DNA of 64,000 nucleotides from an uncultured bacterium (GTDB lineage Bacteria; Chlamydiota; Chlamydiia; Chlamydiales; CAZBXE01): NCBI GenBank assembly GCA_964496125.1, contig CAZBXE010000002.1, positions 12,383 to 76,382 of the forward strand, read 5' to 3'. Shown piece by piece: positions 63,266 to 64,000 of this stretch (position 1 is its first letter; each line of letters starts with the position of its first letter). The notes under the pieces were generated by a model. It saw only the letters and a program-made list of their open reading frames with translations, ran no database searches and was not told where the DNA came from. The position numbers and the translations under genes were made by a program.

Positions 63266-64000
63266 TTATTTTCTATGTTTAGATAAAACAAATACTTTTT
63301 GAGGATCTTTAGGGCTTGTCGATATTTCTACGAGCAATCCTTCTTGACACATTTCCTTAAGACGAGTTGTCGTAGTGCGTCGTGTTACTTGCCAGATTTC
63401 CTGAGCTGCTTTAGCATTAATCTTTCCATGTTTTTTGAGATAAAGGAAAATAGGCTCTTGCCAAAAGGCTGAGGGAACACTCTTTGAGGATTGTGGATAA
63501 AGAGTGATACGAAAAAAATTGTCCAACTCTTCAAATTTTGGCAAGGGGCTGTTTTGTTGTTTACAAGCTTCTAACATTCGTTTAAGGCCTGATCCCCAGT
63601 GTTCGGTTAATTTCAGTTCTCGAAATGTCTTCCCTAGGACCTTATTGCGAAGCTGAGAAACGCCTGAAATGGCAGTGTCAAGGCCTAAACCAAATGGCAA
63701 TGACCCTGGATTAGTAATTTCCAATCGGTCATCAAATATAGCAACTTGAATAGGGGAGCGTTGGTTAGCATAATCAGCGTGGACCAGAGCGTTCATCGTC
63801 GCCTCACGTAGAATCATGGGTGAATATTGCGGGATCTCTTCGCGTCTCATTCCCTTGATAGAAGAACCGATGGATGTATGCCGACGTATAAAGGCAAGAG
63901 TTTCTTCCAAAGCTTGTGATAGAGGACTTTTATTCTCTTGTTCATCAATTGCTGCATTTTTTGATGTGCCCTCAAAACGAACCATTCTAACAATTGGGTC
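63266..64000 (-). CDS. C-terminal part of an AlbA_2/HATPase_c_4-type putative regulator ('RecG-like C-terminal' family); gene continues beyond the right edge
   Basis: REATMNALVHADYANQRSPIQVAIFDDRLEITNPGSLPFG matches the HATPase_c_4 pattern, with a C-terminal winged-helix-like tail. The frame stays open upstream of the ATG at 63985 to the window end. Confidence 0.7.
   Translation of the reverse strand, partial: DPIVRMVRFEGTSKNAAIDEQENKSPLSQALEETLAFIRRHTSIGSSIKGMRREEIPQYSPMILREATMNALVHADYANQRSPIQVAIFDDRLEITNPGSLPFGLGLDTAISGVSQLRNKVLGKTFRELKLTEHWGSGLKRMLEACKQQNSPLPKFEELDNFFRITLYPQSSKSVPSAFWQEPIFLYLKKHGKINAKAAQEIWQVTRRTTTTRLKEMCQEGLLVEISTSPKDPQKVFVLSKHRK

Noticed and set aside
1-64000. Search for CRISPR arrays, rRNA, tmRNA, toxin-antitoxin pairs and recognisable defence systems
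   Set aside because: No regularly spaced direct repeats, no rRNA-like or tmRNA-like (GGGGCTGA...tRNA-like end) sequence, and no small overlapping TA-type gene pairs were seen by eye.

Overview
The window reads as a gene-dense bacterial chromosome segment with about 60 protein genes, one tRNA, and no rRNA or CRISPR. The gene content suggests an environmental member of the Chlamydiota; this is inference, not a database result. The supporting genes are a SWIB-domain protein, a plant-type glycerol-3-P acyltransferase, a class I FbaB/DhnA aldolase, a ProRS ending in Tyr, HtrA, Inc-like membrane proteins with bilobed hydrophobic domains, and many orphan ORFs. Most of the window is housekeeping: rmuC, pssA, fbaB, htrA, sucCD, ftsY, glmS-glmM, pcnB, lpxB, plsX-rpmF-yceD, rng, mscL, proS, yebC, prfB with its programmed +1 frameshift, ispD and truA. 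It also carries an unusually high number of peptidases. Several accessory islets interrupt this core. (1) 24.2-26.2 kb holds a tandem cluster of five small signal-peptide-bearing proteins of extreme Tyr/Gly/Arg/Pro composition, next to IS debris and a 172-bp palindromic element. I consider this the most novel feature. (2) A 1207-aa coiled-coil protein has a C-terminal anthrax-lethal-factor/PPEP-like HExxH...EYFAE zinc-protease signature. (3) A cassette of orphan genes at 1.7-6.2 kb includes a (HGHHHGH)n histidine-rich protein encoded by 21-bp tandem repeats behind a perfect TTGACA-17-TATAAT promoter, and a eukaryotic-like kinase. (4) A RimK-type ligase and a SAM methyltransferase are translationally coupled to glmM-glmS. 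(5) A GT2 / LAB_N / lpxB / DUF374 / GCKR-like cluster sits at 36.7-41.8 kb. (6) tRNA-Leu(CAA) is followed by a decayed HTH gene and an AlbA_2/HATPase_c_4-type gene, a likely island edge. All family calls come from motifs read by eye in the supplied translations; no searches were run.
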